Shown: piece after piece, positions 52,379 to 62,215 of the stretch
Numbering within the stretch: the first letter of the stretch is position 1
How the letters are laid out: each line of letters begins with the position of its first letter
NCBI GenBank assembly: GCA_965215885.1
Contig: CBDCEW010000101.1
Location: forward strand, 115,569 to 179,568
From: Candidatus Moanibacter sp.
GTDB lineage: Bacteria > Verrucomicrobiota > Verrucomicrobiia > Opitutales > UBA2987
Direction: 5' to 3'
DNA: 64,000 nt
Notes under the pieces: generated by a model
Seen by the model: the letters and a program-made list of their open reading frames with translations, nothing else
What the model was told of the DNA's origin: nothing
Databases searched by the model: none
Position numbers and translations under genes: made by a program

Positions 52379-53209
52379 ATGGCAGAAACACGTTTAGAGA
52401 TATTATCACGTTTCCGTGAAAAGATAGCAAAGGGGCTGCCCATCATTGGAGGCGGTGCCGGCACGGGGATTTCGGCGAAATGGGAGGAGGCGGGAGGAAT
52501 CGATTTGATCGTCATTTACAACTCCGGCCGCTTTCGTATGGCGGGGCATGGTTCACTGGCTGGTGTGATGCCCTTCGGCGATGCCAACGCCATTGTCATG
52601 GAGATGGCGCGCGAGGTGCTTCCGGTTACCCGGAAGACACCGGTCCTCGCCGGCGTTTGTGGAACCGACCCCATGCGTATGATGGACCGCTTTCTTGGCG
52701 AGGTCAAAGCGATCGGCTTCGCTGGAGTCCAGAACTTTCCGACCGTCGGCCTTATTGACGGCACTTTTCGGGCGAATCTAGAAGAGACCAACATGGGCTA
52801 CGACAAAGAGGTCGATATGATTCGGTTGTCGCACGATCTGGACCTGCTGACCACTCCCTATGTGTTCAATACGGAAGAGGCCCGGGCTATGACCGACGCC
52901 GGCGCCGATATCCTCGTTGCCCACATGGGCCTCACGACTTCCGGCTCCATAGGCGCCAAGACGGCGCTAACGCTCGAAGAATGTGTTGACCCGATCAACG
53001 CGATCATCGACACCGCCAAAGCGATCCGTGGCGATGTTATTGTGCTGTGCCACGGCGGCCCAATCGCCGAGCCGGATGATGCCTCTTTCATCATCGATAA
53101 GTGTGCCAATATCGACGGGTTCTACGGCGCCAGCTCGATGGAACGCCTGCCCACCGAACGCGCCATCAAAGAGCAGACGGAACGCTTCACCTCGATTCGA
53201 CGGAGTTGA
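52379..53209 (+). CDS. Phosphoenolpyruvate hydrolase-like TIM-barrel protein (counterpart of the Tm-1 C-terminal region)
   Basis: [60 protein letters not shown]. Confidence 0.9.
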   Translation: MAETRLEILSRFREKIAKGLPIIGGGAGTGISAKWEEAGGIDLIVIYNSGRFRMAGHGSLAGVMPFGDANAIVMEMAREVLPVTRKTPVLAGVCGTDPMRMMDRFLGEVKAIGFAGVQNFPTVGLIDGTFRANLEETNMGYDKEVDMIRLSHDLDLLTTPYVFNTEEARAMTDAGADILVAHMGLTTSGSIGAKTALTLEECVDPINAIIDTAKAIRGDVIVLCHGGPIAEPDDASFIIDKCANIDGFYGASSMERLPTERAIKEQTERFTSIRRS

Positions 53210-53320
53210 ACGAATTGGAGCTTATCGAAACCGGTGACAGTTTGGTTGGCCGGATTGGGGATACCCTGATTCGATAAATATACGAGGGCTTGTAGCCGGA
53301 CGCGCAAGCGTCCGATCCTT

Positions 53321-54430
53321 CTACCTGACATCCACGACTGAACCAGTCCGACCGGATTCCAGGGCGGCTTTAACAGTCGCCGTGATCGCCCGACTCTTCG
53401 CTGCATCGAGAATGGTGTCGCCATCGGTGTCTATGGCACGAGCGAAATCGTCGGCGAGCAGGTAATCGTTGTCCTCCGCAAGTAAGCGTTGGTTCTTGAA
53501 CTCGTCCTCGGGTTGATGGCGATAGTAGATTCCCACTTCGGGCCGCGCCTCGCTTATGACCATCGCACCTTTGGAACCGAGGATGTGTAATTTAATCTCG
53601 CCGATGTCCGGGTGGCTTGCGGCGCCGATGCGTCCGATGCAGAGACTGCCGACAATATCGTTCTCGATTTCGAGTGTGACAGTCGCGAGATCTTCCACGT
53701 CGTTATCGACACAGAGCTGATGAAAGTGCGCGGTTGTGCGGGAAAAGACACGGATTACTTTTTTGTTGGAAAGCATACTGATGTAAGCGAGCGGATAGCA
53801 CCCTTCGATACTGAGCTCGCCCATTGGTTCCTTTCCTACGCCACCGTCCGCGCCCGTCACGTGAGCGGCCTTGAGGGTTTCAAGCCAGTCCATCGGCGGA
53901 TCATCGGGGCCGCGCGAACCTTTGGGCGGACCGGCGTCCTTGGCAAAATAGAAGTCGACGTGAAAAGCGTAGGGATCGCCCACTTTCCCGCCGGTGATCG
54001 CGTCGCGAGCCTGGACGAGTGCGGGAAGAAAATTACGATTCCACATTAGAAATTTAACGTTGTTGCGCGCCACCGCTTCGACGACGCGATCACACTCCGA
54101 CAGGCTATTGGACATCGGTTTGTCCTGTATCACATGAAGACCGGCATCGGCGGCCCGCACACTCAGATCACAGTGACGGTCCGCTTCGCTGGACACCACG
54201 GCGACCTGGACATCGTGTTCGGCAATCGCCTGCGCCACATCGCGCACGTATGGAATGCGGTGTTCAAGAGCGAATTTCTCATTACGTTGGTGAACCCAAT
54301 CCGGCTGATTGGGATCGTCCGTAACTACGGCCAGTTCGAAACGCGGGTGAGAGTCCACGCCGCGGGCAACATAGTCGTGCTTCACCACACTCAACACGAG
54401 GACGCGATACTGGTCCAGCCCCTTAGACAT
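53321..54430 (-). CDS. Gfo/Idh/MocA oxidoreductase
   Basis: VAVVSSEADRH, HVIQDKPM, VEDLATV. Start at ATG 54430 overlaps the end of the upstream gene. Confidence 0.8.
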   Translation of the reverse strand: MSKGLDQYRVLVLSVVKHDYVARGVDSHPRFELAVVTDDPNQPDWVHQRNEKFALEHRIPYVRDVAQAIAEHDVQVAVVSSEADRHCDLSVRAADAGLHVIQDKPMSNSLSECDRVVEAVARNNVKFLMWNRNFLPALVQARDAITGGKVGDPYAFHVDFYFAKDAGPPKGSRGPDDPPMDWLETLKAAHVTGADGGVGKEPMGELSIEGCYPLAYISMLSNKKVIRVFSRTTAHFHQLCVDNDVEDLATVTLEIENDIVGSLCIGRIGAASHPDIGEIKLHILGSKGAMVISEARPEVGIYYRHQPEDEFKNQRLLAEDNDYLLADDFARAIDTDGDTILDAAKSRAITATVKAALESGRTGSVVDVR

Positions 54431-55346
54431 AGCTGCCTCCCTCTTCATGAAGCACCCGTCCGGAATCAAGAGAACGCCCTACCGCGTCAATCACCCGATG
54501 CAGGGCGAGGTATTCGTCACCATTGACGGGTGGTTGTTCCTTTTTGTCGACGGAATCGACAAAAGCCTGAAGCTCGAGGACAAAGTGGCCTGAGCCCTGA
54601 TCACTGATCAGCGCTTCAGGATCGCCCCCGCGAAATAGCAGATGACTATTGTTATGATAGTCGGAATACGCCGCGCCGGTAGAGCCTATGAGAGACAAGG
54701 ATTCGTATCCCTGGCCGGTGGGCAGCGCGGCAGAAAAATCAAATATCGCCATGCCGCCAGATGGAAAACCGAAGTGCACCTGAATGTAGTCCCGTGATGC
54801 GGCGGCACCATCACCGCCCCGCCCGAGTGCATAAACATCGGTTGGCCTTGCGCCAAACAAGCATATCGCCAAGTCGACATCAGCAAAGATTCTTTCAACG
54901 AGCCCGGGGTGCGCGCTATCGTTCCTACCGCGCCAACGGTGAACGCGCAGAAGACCTGGATCGCCTAGACTACCGTTTGAGAGACGTTCCCTGATCATCT
55001 GATTGCTCGGTGTGAATCGCAGCGTTCTCCCGACGGCGAAACAAACCCCTGCCTGATTGCAAGCATCAACGGTCGCCTCAGCTACCTGCAAAGATTCGGA
55101 GACCGGCGAATCGAGCAGGATATGCTTTTGGGCCTCGGCGGCGAGTTCTACTGCGGCCTGCCGTTGAGCAAGCGGTGTGCAGATTACGGCGGCGTCGAAC
55201 TCGGCGGCGCGCTCCTTAAGTGCCGCCTCAAGGGAATCGACAACAACCGTAAAGCAGCCACCCCGCAGGCGCATGGCAACGTCGCGCCAGACAGCTATGT
55301 CGTCAGGACAACCGAGCAGTGCAAGGCGAATGGGTGGATCACTCAA
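54423..55346 (-). CDS. Divergent Gfo/Idh/MocA-like protein
   Basis: AAVICTP, KHILLDSP (in place of EKP), LRFTP, GSLGDP. Confidence 0.75.
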   Translation of the reverse strand: MSDPPIRLALLGCPDDIAVWRDVAMRLRGGCFTVVVDSLEAALKERAAEFDAAVICTPLAQRQAAVELAAEAQKHILLDSPVSESLQVAEATVDACNQAGVCFAVGRTLRFTPSNQMIRERLSNGSLGDPGLLRVHRWRGRNDSAHPGLVERIFADVDLAICLFGARPTDVYALGRGGDGAAASRDYIQVHFGFPSGGMAIFDFSAALPTGQGYESLSLIGSTGAAYSDYHNNSHLLFRGGDPEALISDQGSGHFVLELQAFVDSVDKKEQPPVNGDEYLALHRVIDAVGRSLDSGRVLHEEGGSYV

Positions 55347-55504
55347 GGTTGTGATTCCTTTTGCTTAAGTGTGAATGAGCGACTCGCGGTAGGAAATTGG
55401 AACTGGCAGAGTAGCTGAAAAACGCACACGTGCAAGGAAGAATCAGGACATCCTAATTTTCCGTGCTTTTTTTGTTACAGGGAGAGCGGGTAGGACGGGA
55501 AGAG

Positions 55505-55720
55505 GAAGATCGACAGAAGATCACGATTGAGAGACACGATGGAGAGGGAGATCCAGTTCGATCTTCCGTCGTGAATCATAATCGTGATCAAAAATCGAAA
55601 TGGTCGACCTTCGATTACGATTATGATTACGATTATTGATTGGGCTGGCGAGAACCTACAATCTAACTGCGTAATCTAATATCGAAACGACGAAGTTGAC
55701 GTCGAAGCTTACGACAAAGT
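55505..55720. repeat. 6-bp-period array followed by one 12-bp-family arm
   Basis: 55511-55600 is homologous to 3421-3512; gattacgattatgattacgattat; cgacgaagttgacgtcgaagcttacgacaaagt at 55688-55720. Confidence 0.85.
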
Positions 55721-55742
55721 CTCACACGATACCTGAAACCTG

Positions 55743-57293
55743 ATGAAGCCCCATAATCAAGACAGATCCGAGAACACTTATTGTGCCGCCGACTGGCCGG
55801 CGGTGCATGCGCATAGCCAGCCGATACCGATTGAAGCGGTTGCCATCGAAGGCTACTTGGGACGCCGCATCGATCAAAACCTCGACAGCTTACTGGCAGG
55901 CCTGGCCAGCCCGGTGGTTCGGTATTTCGAGTCCAGCGTCGAGGGCCGACAGCAAGTTGAAGAGGAGGCGATACGTCTGGCCGCGGACTCCGACCTTTAT
56001 AAGTGGCTGGAAGGCGCCTCCTATGTTTTCGTGCGGAGCGGCGATTCAAGGTTGAAGGCTTCAATTGATCGCATGGCCGTTCTGATTCTTCAATGTCAGG
56101 AAAGGGACGGGTACATCAATGCGCAGAAAGAGCACAAGGACCGGTTCGACGAGAAAGTATGCCACGACCTCTATCTCGAGACGGGGCGCGAAGACCTCCT
56201 TCAGCACGTTCCCGGCTTGTGGGATGAAATCGTCGATTCGAGGATGTACGTGACCGGCGCGGTGGCGTCCCACGGTGAATCTTTTTCGCCGGAGCCCTTT
56301 AATCTTCCGCATACCCAGCTCGAGAACAAGGATCGGTCCCTTGGGGAGACCTGCGCCTCAATCGCTTTCATCCTTTACTCGTGGCGGATGCACGCGATCA
56401 CGGGTGAGAGCCGGCACTTCGACGCCATTGAGAACACGCTCTACAACCACGTGTTTGGTGCCGCGTCGCTCGACGGAATGGGGACCTTCTACTACAACCC
56501 GATGCGCATGGTGGGAGACCTGAATGAGCATACAGACCACTGGCATCGACCCGTTTCGTCGCGGTGTATGCTGCCGAAGGTTAACAGGACTTCATGCTGC
56601 ATGACGAATCTATGGCGCTTCCTTGGCGCGCTTCCGGAGTACGTTTTCTCTTTTGACCCTAACGGCGTGTCTATCAATCTCTACACGAGCGCCTCGGTCA
56701 CTCACGGATTGCCTGACGGCCGTCGAATCGATTTGACGATTGAGACTGAGTACCCGCACCAGGGAGAAGTCAGTATTCGTTTCGATGGTGAGGAGCCTAC
56801 GCCCTACAATCTGCGCCTTCGGATTCCCGGTTGGTGCTCTGCGGCGACGGTGGACTGGCCGGAAGAGAAGAAGCAAGGAATTGCTGGTGGATGCACCTTC
56901 GAGATCGACCGAACCTGGGAAAAAGGTGATACCGTACAACTGGCCCTTGATATTCCGGTCCGGATGATTCTGTCCGACGCGCGTGTCGTTGCCAACACCG
57001 GCCAGGTTGTCTTTGCCCGCGGGCCGGTGCTGTATTGCCTAGAGCAAGAAGATGTGCAATTTCCAGTGGAACAGGCAGCCGTTGCACTTGATCCCGCCGA
57101 TGTCAGTGAAAGGGTCAGAGTCGAGTGGTGTCCGGATCTACTGAGCGGGATACACACGCTTCGTTTGCCCGGGTTGGTTGACGGTGAACCGACAGAGTTT
57201 ACACTCGTCCCCTGGTCGGTGCGCGCGAACCGAAGCGAAAACAGCCGCTGGGTTATCTTTCTTCCTCTGGCCCATCAAGCGAAGGATATATGA
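55743..57293 (+). pseudogene. GH127 (beta-L-arabinofuranosidase-like) gene with an apparent in-frame internal deletion
   Basis: DSDLYKWLEG, DGYIN, ETCAS, SCC and RGPVLYCLE are present, but HDLY runs straight into LETG...LW...MYVTG. Confidence 0.72.
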
Positions 57294-57330
57294 ATCGTCT
57301 GACCGTCAATTTCTGTGAGGCCAAATCTCA

Positions 57331-57666
57331 ATGATCAATGTCCTCCTCATCGGTGGCCGAGGGCAGATCGGCTCAGGACTGAGGATCTATTTTCCGAAGC
57401 TGGACCCTGGTTTCATCGTTACGTCGGTCGATCTGCCAGGCGTCGTCGACCATGCCTCAGAAAGCCAGGTAACTAACGAATCTGTGGACCTTGACATCAA
57501 TACGGACCCCGCCGCCCTCAGCGCGCTCGCAGCCGGGAAAGATATGATCGTTTATCTTGCCAGAATGACCCCCCGTAAAGTCGATGAACGAGATGTCCGG
57601 TCCACAACTCCGAGATATTCTACGAATCCACTTTCGAAGGCGTTTGAAACTGTGGGGATAAGATGA
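57331..57666 (+). pseudogene. N-terminal fragment of an NAD-dependent epimerase/dehydrogenase
   Basis: VLLIGGRGQIGS Rossmann motif...DMIVYLA, then unrelated sequence. Confidence 0.65.
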
Positions 57667-58454
57667 GAGCTACCAACGATTATCTATTCGATCTCCAGGG
57701 CTATTTGCTTCTCAAAGGCGCCCTCTCCGCCAATGACGTTGCCGAGATCAACGCGGCTATTGACCACCTGCCAAGATTGAAGCCTGGGGAATGGCACGGA
57801 CAGGTTCACTGCCAGAAGCACCATCCAAGGCGCGGCATCAATTGGCAGAATATCATAGAAGGGGGAGAGCCGTTCGAGCGCCTGATTGACCACCCCTCAT
57901 GGATTTCGCTTGTCAGGAGGTATGTAGATACCGGCTGGGGACTGTTTATCGACGAGGCATTTTTCAATATTCGGGGTCCCGGTGAAGCCATCAACGTTCA
58001 TTCCGGCGGGCACATTCGCGCTACCCGCTCGCAGTTTCGATTTCACAACAACGAGTTCTTCTGCGGACAGATAAATGTCCTCGTTGCGATGACCGATATC
58101 GGACCGGGCGACGGGGCGACAGTGATCATCCCGGGCAGCCATAAATCCAATCTGCCGCACCCTGGCTTTCCCGAGAGATATGAAGATCTCATGGGCACCG
58201 CGATGGACGGCATGCTGGGCGGAGTTGAACTCCATATGCAAGCGGGTGACGCGGCCCTCTTTGTGGATGCTCTGGCTCATGGATCTGTAGCTCGGGTCAA
58301 CCACGGTGAGCGCCGCATTCTGGTCTATCGATACGGACCGGGTTGGGGGCAATCCCGTTTCGGGTTTGAACCCTCGGAGGCACTGATCGCTCGTTTGACT
58401 CCGGAGAGAAGGAGGATTGTCCAGCCGGTTTCTCCCAGCCGCCCGCCTGTGTAA
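57663..58454 (+). CDS. PhyH-like Fe(II)/2OG enzyme with H-S-G in place of HxD
   Basis: YLFDLQGY, LIDHP, NVHSGG, GATVIIPGSHKS, AGDAALFVDALAHG. Confidence 0.85.
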   Translation: MRATNDYLFDLQGYLLLKGALSANDVAEINAAIDHLPRLKPGEWHGQVHCQKHHPRRGINWQNIIEGGEPFERLIDHPSWISLVRRYVDTGWGLFIDEAFFNIRGPGEAINVHSGGHIRATRSQFRFHNNEFFCGQINVLVAMTDIGPGDGATVIIPGSHKSNLPHPGFPERYEDLMGTAMDGMLGGVELHMQAGDAALFVDALAHGSVARVNHGERRILVYRYGPGWGQSRFGFEPSEALIARLTPERRRIVQPVSPSRPPV

Positions 58455-58567
58455 GGACACCACGTTTGCCGATTGCAAAGTCCGATCACAATAGAAGATG
58501 ATTAACTTGATTCCATTCGGCTCTTTACCTTTCCGTCTGAGATTCACCAGTTCGATCGAGTCCTATC

Positions 58568-59629
58568 ATGCCTGTAATCAAAGAGGAAGTCCTGCGGAAG
58601 ATCAGCCGCAATGTATTCTGTGCCACCGGAATCCCTCAAGACGATGCGCATATTGTGGCCGATCAACTGGTCAATAATCACCTCGTCGGGCACGACTCCC
58701 ACGGCACCTGGTTTCTGCGCATATACGCAGACAGAATGAAGAGCGACTACCGGCGCTGGGAGGACCACGAGGTCCTGCGTGATAATTCTTCACTGAGGCT
58801 CATCGATGGTCACGGAGCTGACGGAATCGTCGCCTGCACGCGCGCCTTGGACATCGCGGTGGAAAAAGCGCGCAATGCGACTTTCGGTTTCGTGGGCTTG
58901 CGCAATGTCTCGCACATCGGCAGATTGGGCGACTACCCGCCACGCATTGCCGAGAAGGGTATGCTGGGTATGGTCTGGCTCAACGGCGGCGGCCTTTTTA
59001 TGGCTCCTTTCGGCAGCGCCGACCGCAAGTTGCGGCCCGAGCCCATCTCCATTGCCGCTCCCCGGCGGAACGGTCCGGCGTTCATGCTCGACATGTCGAT
59101 GACGGGCGTGGCGGGCGGCAAAATCACTCAGAAGATGATTCGGGGTGAACCGATACCCGACGGGTGGATGGTTGACCATGAGGGAAGTTACGAAAATGAC
59201 GCCCACAAGTTCCGCGAAGCGGAATCCTGTGCCGTCCTGCCTTTGGGGGGATTGCAGTTCGGTCATAAGGGTTATGGTCTGGCGATGATGGTGGAGATGC
59301 TCGTCGGGCCGCTCACCCATGCCGGTTGCACAAAGGGGAACGAGGAGAATGATGGCGGCAACGGCGTCATGATCCTCGCCATCGACATCGAAGCATTCAC
59401 CGATCTGGAAACCTACAAAGATGAGGTGGAAGGACTCCGGGAATGGGTGTGCTCGGCGCGGCCCCTCCCCGGTTTCAGCAAGATCTACGCTCCCGGCGAA
59501 ATTGAAGAGGAGACCCGCCAACGCCGATTGGCAGAGGGTATCGATCTGCCCGAGAGTGTTTGGGAAGGGATTGTCGAGGTGGCCGCTGAACTTGAAGTGG
59601 AGTTACCTTCCGAGGTCGCGGATCTGTAA
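58568..59629 (+). CDS. Ldh_2-family oxidoreductase (malate/L-lactate dehydrogenase-like)
   Basis: GHDSHG, SHIGRLG, APFG, LPLGG...GHKGYGL, YAPGE. Confidence 0.9.
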   Translation: MPVIKEEVLRKISRNVFCATGIPQDDAHIVADQLVNNHLVGHDSHGTWFLRIYADRMKSDYRRWEDHEVLRDNSSLRLIDGHGADGIVACTRALDIAVEKARNATFGFVGLRNVSHIGRLGDYPPRIAEKGMLGMVWLNGGGLFMAPFGSADRKLRPEPISIAAPRRNGPAFMLDMSMTGVAGGKITQKMIRGEPIPDGWMVDHEGSYENDAHKFREAESCAVLPLGGLQFGHKGYGLAMMVEMLVGPLTHAGCTKGNEENDGGNGVMILAIDIEAFTDLETYKDEVEGLREWVCSARPLPGFSKIYAPGEIEEETRQRRLAEGIDLPESVWEGIVEVAAELEVELPSEVADL

Positions 59630-60379
59630 AAGGATATTAAAAACAGGGGCCGTTACAGAACGCACCCGGGACCGATTCAGGTTATATCCGGTTCGGTTGA
59701 TGATCCCAAGGTACACTTTGAAGCGCCACCGTCGAAATCCGTCCCCTGCGAGATGGATCGCTTTATCCGGTGGTTTCAAAATTCGAAACTGCCGTTGCCG
59801 ACGTTGACACGCGCAGGGATTGCCCATGCCTATTTTGTATCAATCCACCCCTTTGAAGATGGAAATGGTCGTATTGGCCGGGCGATATCGGAAAAAGCCA
59901 TGGCGGAAAAATTGGGCAAGCCAACACTCCTGGCGTTTGCTCAGATTATAGAAAAAAAGAGAAAGGCTTATTACGAAGCTTTGCATCGCATTAACAGATC
60001 AAATGAAATTACCGGGTGGCTGCTATATTTCGCGGATACGGTTCTCAAGGCTCAGGAGGCCACGATGGGCCAAGTCGAGTTTGTCATTGCGAAGGCAAAA
60101 TTCCATGACCGGCTCAAAGATCAGTTGAATGAAAGACAATCTAAGGTGATTGACCGCATGTTCAAAGAAGGTCCCGATGGTTTCGCTGGAGGCTTGAGCG
60201 CTGAAAACTATTTAGCTATCACCAAAACCTCTCGTGCCACCGCAACGCGTGATTTGGCAGACCTTGTTAGGAAAGGCGCATTGATCAAGGAAGGTCAACT
60301 CTTCCTCTCTTCTTCCTCTTCGTTTCCTTCTGTTCAATACTCTTCTCCAGGGAATTTGGTTGCGGCTGTGCTGCTCTAG
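59630..60379 (+). pseudogene. Fic-domain protein fragment
   Basis: Canonical HPFEDGNGRIGR and a C-terminal HTH (SRATATRDL). The frame opens at the Ldh stop without an N-terminus (GRYRTH...VHFEAPP) and ends in unrelated residues. Confidence 0.8.
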
Positions 60380-60426
60380 GAAAATCAGTGTCAACCGTGG
60401 TTCTCTTTGAAAACAGCAAGGCAGGC

Positions 60427-62205
60427 ATGACTCAACCGCGATCCGAGCACCCGAAACCGCAGTTCGAGCGCGAGGATTGGATCAACCTGAACGGTCCCTG
60501 GACCTTCCAGATCGAACCGCGCAAGCACTCCAATCTCTCCGGTTCGGCACAGAGGGATTTCAGGGAGGTCCACAGTTTCGATAAACCGATCACCGTGCCC
60601 TTCGCCCCGGAGAGTCCGCTTTCCGGAGTCGGAGACAAGGACTTCATCACTTCCATCTGCTACCACCGCAGGATCGAGATTCCTGAGAATTGGAGCGGCA
60701 AATCGGTGCTTCTCCACTTCGGCGCCGTCTTCTACCGGGCGGAGGTGTATATTGATGGCCACTACGCCGGCCAGCATGTGGGCGGCAGCGTTTCCTTTCG
60801 CCTCGACATCTCGGCTTTCGTCGAGGCCGGCGGGCGCCACGACCTGATCGTGTCGGTAACCAATGACCTCTGGAGCGGGACGGAGCCGTCCGGCAAACAG
60901 GCGTTGAAGTACCACTCCTACGGCTGCCACTATACGCGCACGACCGGAATCTGGCAGACTGTCTGGTTGGAAGCGGTAAACCCCCGCGGCCTGGCGGGAA
61001 TGAACATCGTATCCGATATTGAGGGTGGCCGATTCGTCATCACGCCTCGCTTCCGCTCTTTGGAGTCGAACCTCCGATGGGAAGCGGTTGCGACTCTCGA
61101 CGGGGCGGAGAAAGGGCGTGCGGGAGGTGCCGCTTCGGATGGCGTGCCGATTATTCTGGAGCTCACTGATCCCGAGATGTGGGCACCGGGGTCCCCCACT
61201 CTTTACGACTTGGAATTGCGAGTGCGCGACGGCAGCGGTTCAACGAACGATGTGGTGAGAAGCTACGCCGGCCTTCGAAAAGTGCACATCGAAGGCAACC
61301 AGTTCTTCCTCAACGGGAGACCCTTATATCAGAGACTAGTCCTCGATCAGGGATTCTATCCTGACGGCATTTGGACCGCGCCTTCGGACGAGGCGCTGAA
61401 AAGAGACATCGAGCTGGCCATGGCGGCCGGGTTCAACGGCGCCCGTTTGCACCAGAAACTATTCGAGGAGCGTTTCCTCACCTGGGCCGATCGGCTTGGC
61501 TACCTGGTATGGGGAGAGTCGCCCAGCTGGGGGCTCGATTATTCCACCGACGGCATGCCGCACCGCAACTTCCTCGCGGAGTGGCGCGAGATCGTGTTGC
61601 GCGACCGCAACCACCCGTCCATAGTCGCCTGGACTCCCTTCAATGAAACGCGAAACTACCATGACGCGAGGGCTCACCAGCGTATCCACGAAGACGCCTA
61701 TGCAATCTGCAAGACCCTGGACCCGACTCGGCCGGTAAATGACACGAGCGGCTACATCCACCACATCACCGACCTCTACACGGTTCACAGCTACGAACAG
61801 GATCCTGGCAAGTTAAAGGCGCTTCTCGATGACCAGTCCGAGCGCGGAGTGTTTCGCAACTTTCCCGAGGCCGATGCACCGTATGCGGGCCAACCCTACC
61901 TGATCGACGAGTTTGGCGGCATCAAGTGGGATCCGGAGACTCAGGAAGATTCCGCTTTCGGAACCGGGCAGAATGTCGTCTCATGGGGCTATGGGGAAGC
62001 GCCGCGCTCTCTTGAGGAATTCTATTCGCGTTTGGAGCAACTGGTAGGGACGGTGATGAGCCATCGTCATATCTGCGGATGGTGCTACACCCAACTGACC
62101 GACGTGGAGCAGGAAATGAATGGGATCTACTTCTACGACCGCTCGACCAAGTTCGATATGGAGCGAATTCGCGGAATTTTCCAGATGGACCGAGACCAGG
62201 AATAG
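60427..62205 (+). CDS. GH2 glycoside hydrolase (beta-galactosidase/glucuronidase-like)
   Basis: [54 protein letters not shown]. Confidence 0.92.
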   Translation: MTQPRSEHPKPQFEREDWINLNGPWTFQIEPRKHSNLSGSAQRDFREVHSFDKPITVPFAPESPLSGVGDKDFITSICYHRRIEIPENWSGKSVLLHFGAVFYRAEVYIDGHYAGQHVGGSVSFRLDISAFVEAGGRHDLIVSVTNDLWSGTEPSGKQALKYHSYGCHYTRTTGIWQTVWLEAVNPRGLAGMNIVSDIEGGRFVITPRFRSLESNLRWEAVATLDGAEKGRAGGAASDGVPIILELTDPEMWAPGSPTLYDLELRVRDGSGSTNDVVRSYAGLRKVHIEGNQFFLNGRPLYQRLVLDQGFYPDGIWTAPSDEALKRDIELAMAAGFNGARLHQKLFEERFLTWADRLGYLVWGESPSWGLDYSTDGMPHRNFLAEWREIVLRDRNHPSIVAWTPFNETRNYHDARAHQRIHEDAYAICKTLDPTRPVNDTSGYIHHITDLYTVHSYEQDPGKLKALLDDQSERGVFRNFPEADAPYAGQPYLIDEFGGIKWDPETQEDSAFGTGQNVVSWGYGEAPRSLEEFYSRLEQLVGTVMSHRHICGWCYTQLTDVEQEMNGIYFYDRSTKFDMERIRGIFQMDRDQE

Positions 62206-62215
62206 AAAAGAGACT

